A model generated the notes under the pieces. The model was not told where the DNA came from, searched no databases, and saw only the letters and a list, made by a program, of their open reading frames with translations. DNA of 64,000 nucleotides from an uncultured bacterium (lineage in GTDB: Bacteria > Eisenbacteria > RBG-16-71-46 > CAIMUX01 > WJJG01), in the NCBI GenBank assembly GCA_964506245.1, contig CAZDKK010000001.1, positions 289 through 64,288 on the forward strand. Direction: 5' to 3'. Below, one piece after another: positions 63,639-64,000 of the stretch. The translations under genes were made by a program, and so were the position numbers. How positions within the stretch are numbered: the stretch's first letter is position 1; each line of letters opens with the position of its first letter.

Positions 63639-64000
63639 CAGGGTCGGCATCTGTCACCCGGCTGCAGGAACTGGGGATCGCTCGAGTGGTCGGCGAGCGA
63701 TCCCCGCGATTTCAGCAGCCTCCGCGTGCGTTCATCCCCGGGCATGTTCCAGAGCCTCTTGCAGCCGGTGGGCGACGCCTGAAGACGCAGCGATGGACTT
63801 CTCGCGGGCTACGGGCCTCCCATCACGTCGCTCAACGTAGAATCAACACGTGCAATGCAGCGGTTGTGGGGTGCGAGTCGAGCCGGCAGTAGTAGCAACC
63901 GGTGGCGGCCCGCCACCCGTTGTCGCCCGTTCCGTCCCAGGCAAACTCGTGCCGCCCGGCATCCAGCCTCTGGTGCGCGAGGGCGCGCACCGGCCGGCCC

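Overview
A 64 kb chromosomal window of very high GC (about 70%) from a bacterium. Two secreted proteins with T9SS/Por-type C-terminal sorting domains and a PEP-CTERM protein suggest an FCB-superphylum-like lineage such as Gemmatimonadota or a related candidate phylum, but this is inference. I count about 47 genes, densely packed; many long antisense ORFs are GC artefacts and were ignored.

Modules in order:
- Nickel uptake operon, nikR plus a CbiM/PDGLE/CbiQ/CbiO ECF transporter (0.4-3.5 kb).
- Sugar ABC transporter with substrate-binding lipoprotein, tandem ATPase and permease (3.5-7.5 kb).
- Secreted GH38 alpha-mannosidase with PA14, an Ig-like lipoprotein and ltaE (8.8-16 kb).
- Giant TPR-GAF-sigma54 activator (16.8-20 kb).
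- APC transporter, then two GT-C type membrane glycosyltransferase-like genes (20-25.8 kb).
- nsrR plus quinol-dependent NO reductase (26-28.7 kb).
- The most unusual region (29.7-37.5 kb): a STAS antagonist, a Cys/Pro octad tandem-repeat protein behind a sigma54-like promoter, a receiver-less sigma54 EBP, and an operon of three HlyD-type proteins, one fused to a PqqD-like RRE plus M50 site-2-protease domain and one fused to GAF domains.
- FTR-like/rubredoxin disulfide reductase plus glutaredoxin, Eis-like GNAT and a DUF4097 protein (37.5-41 kb).
- Surface/glycosylation locus: GT4, GT4, a T9SS M14 carboxypeptidase, a TMTC-like TPR membrane protein, a PEP-CTERM protein and another GT4 (41-51 kb).
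- xdhC, an HAO-family octaheme cytochrome c and a membrane hexaheme cytochrome (51-55 kb).
- Methyltransferase, dinB and a Cache-MCP (55-59.3 kb).
- A secreted CBM-like/T9SS gene interrupted by a single in-frame TGA (60-62 kb), then an alpha/beta hydrolase lipoprotein (62.5-63.6 kb).

A roughly 110-nt conserved intergenic element occurs twice, at 49.7 kb and 59.8 kb.

Coordinates derived from the ORF track are exact. Coordinates indexed by hand (promoter, palindromes, hairpins) may be off by 1-2 nt.
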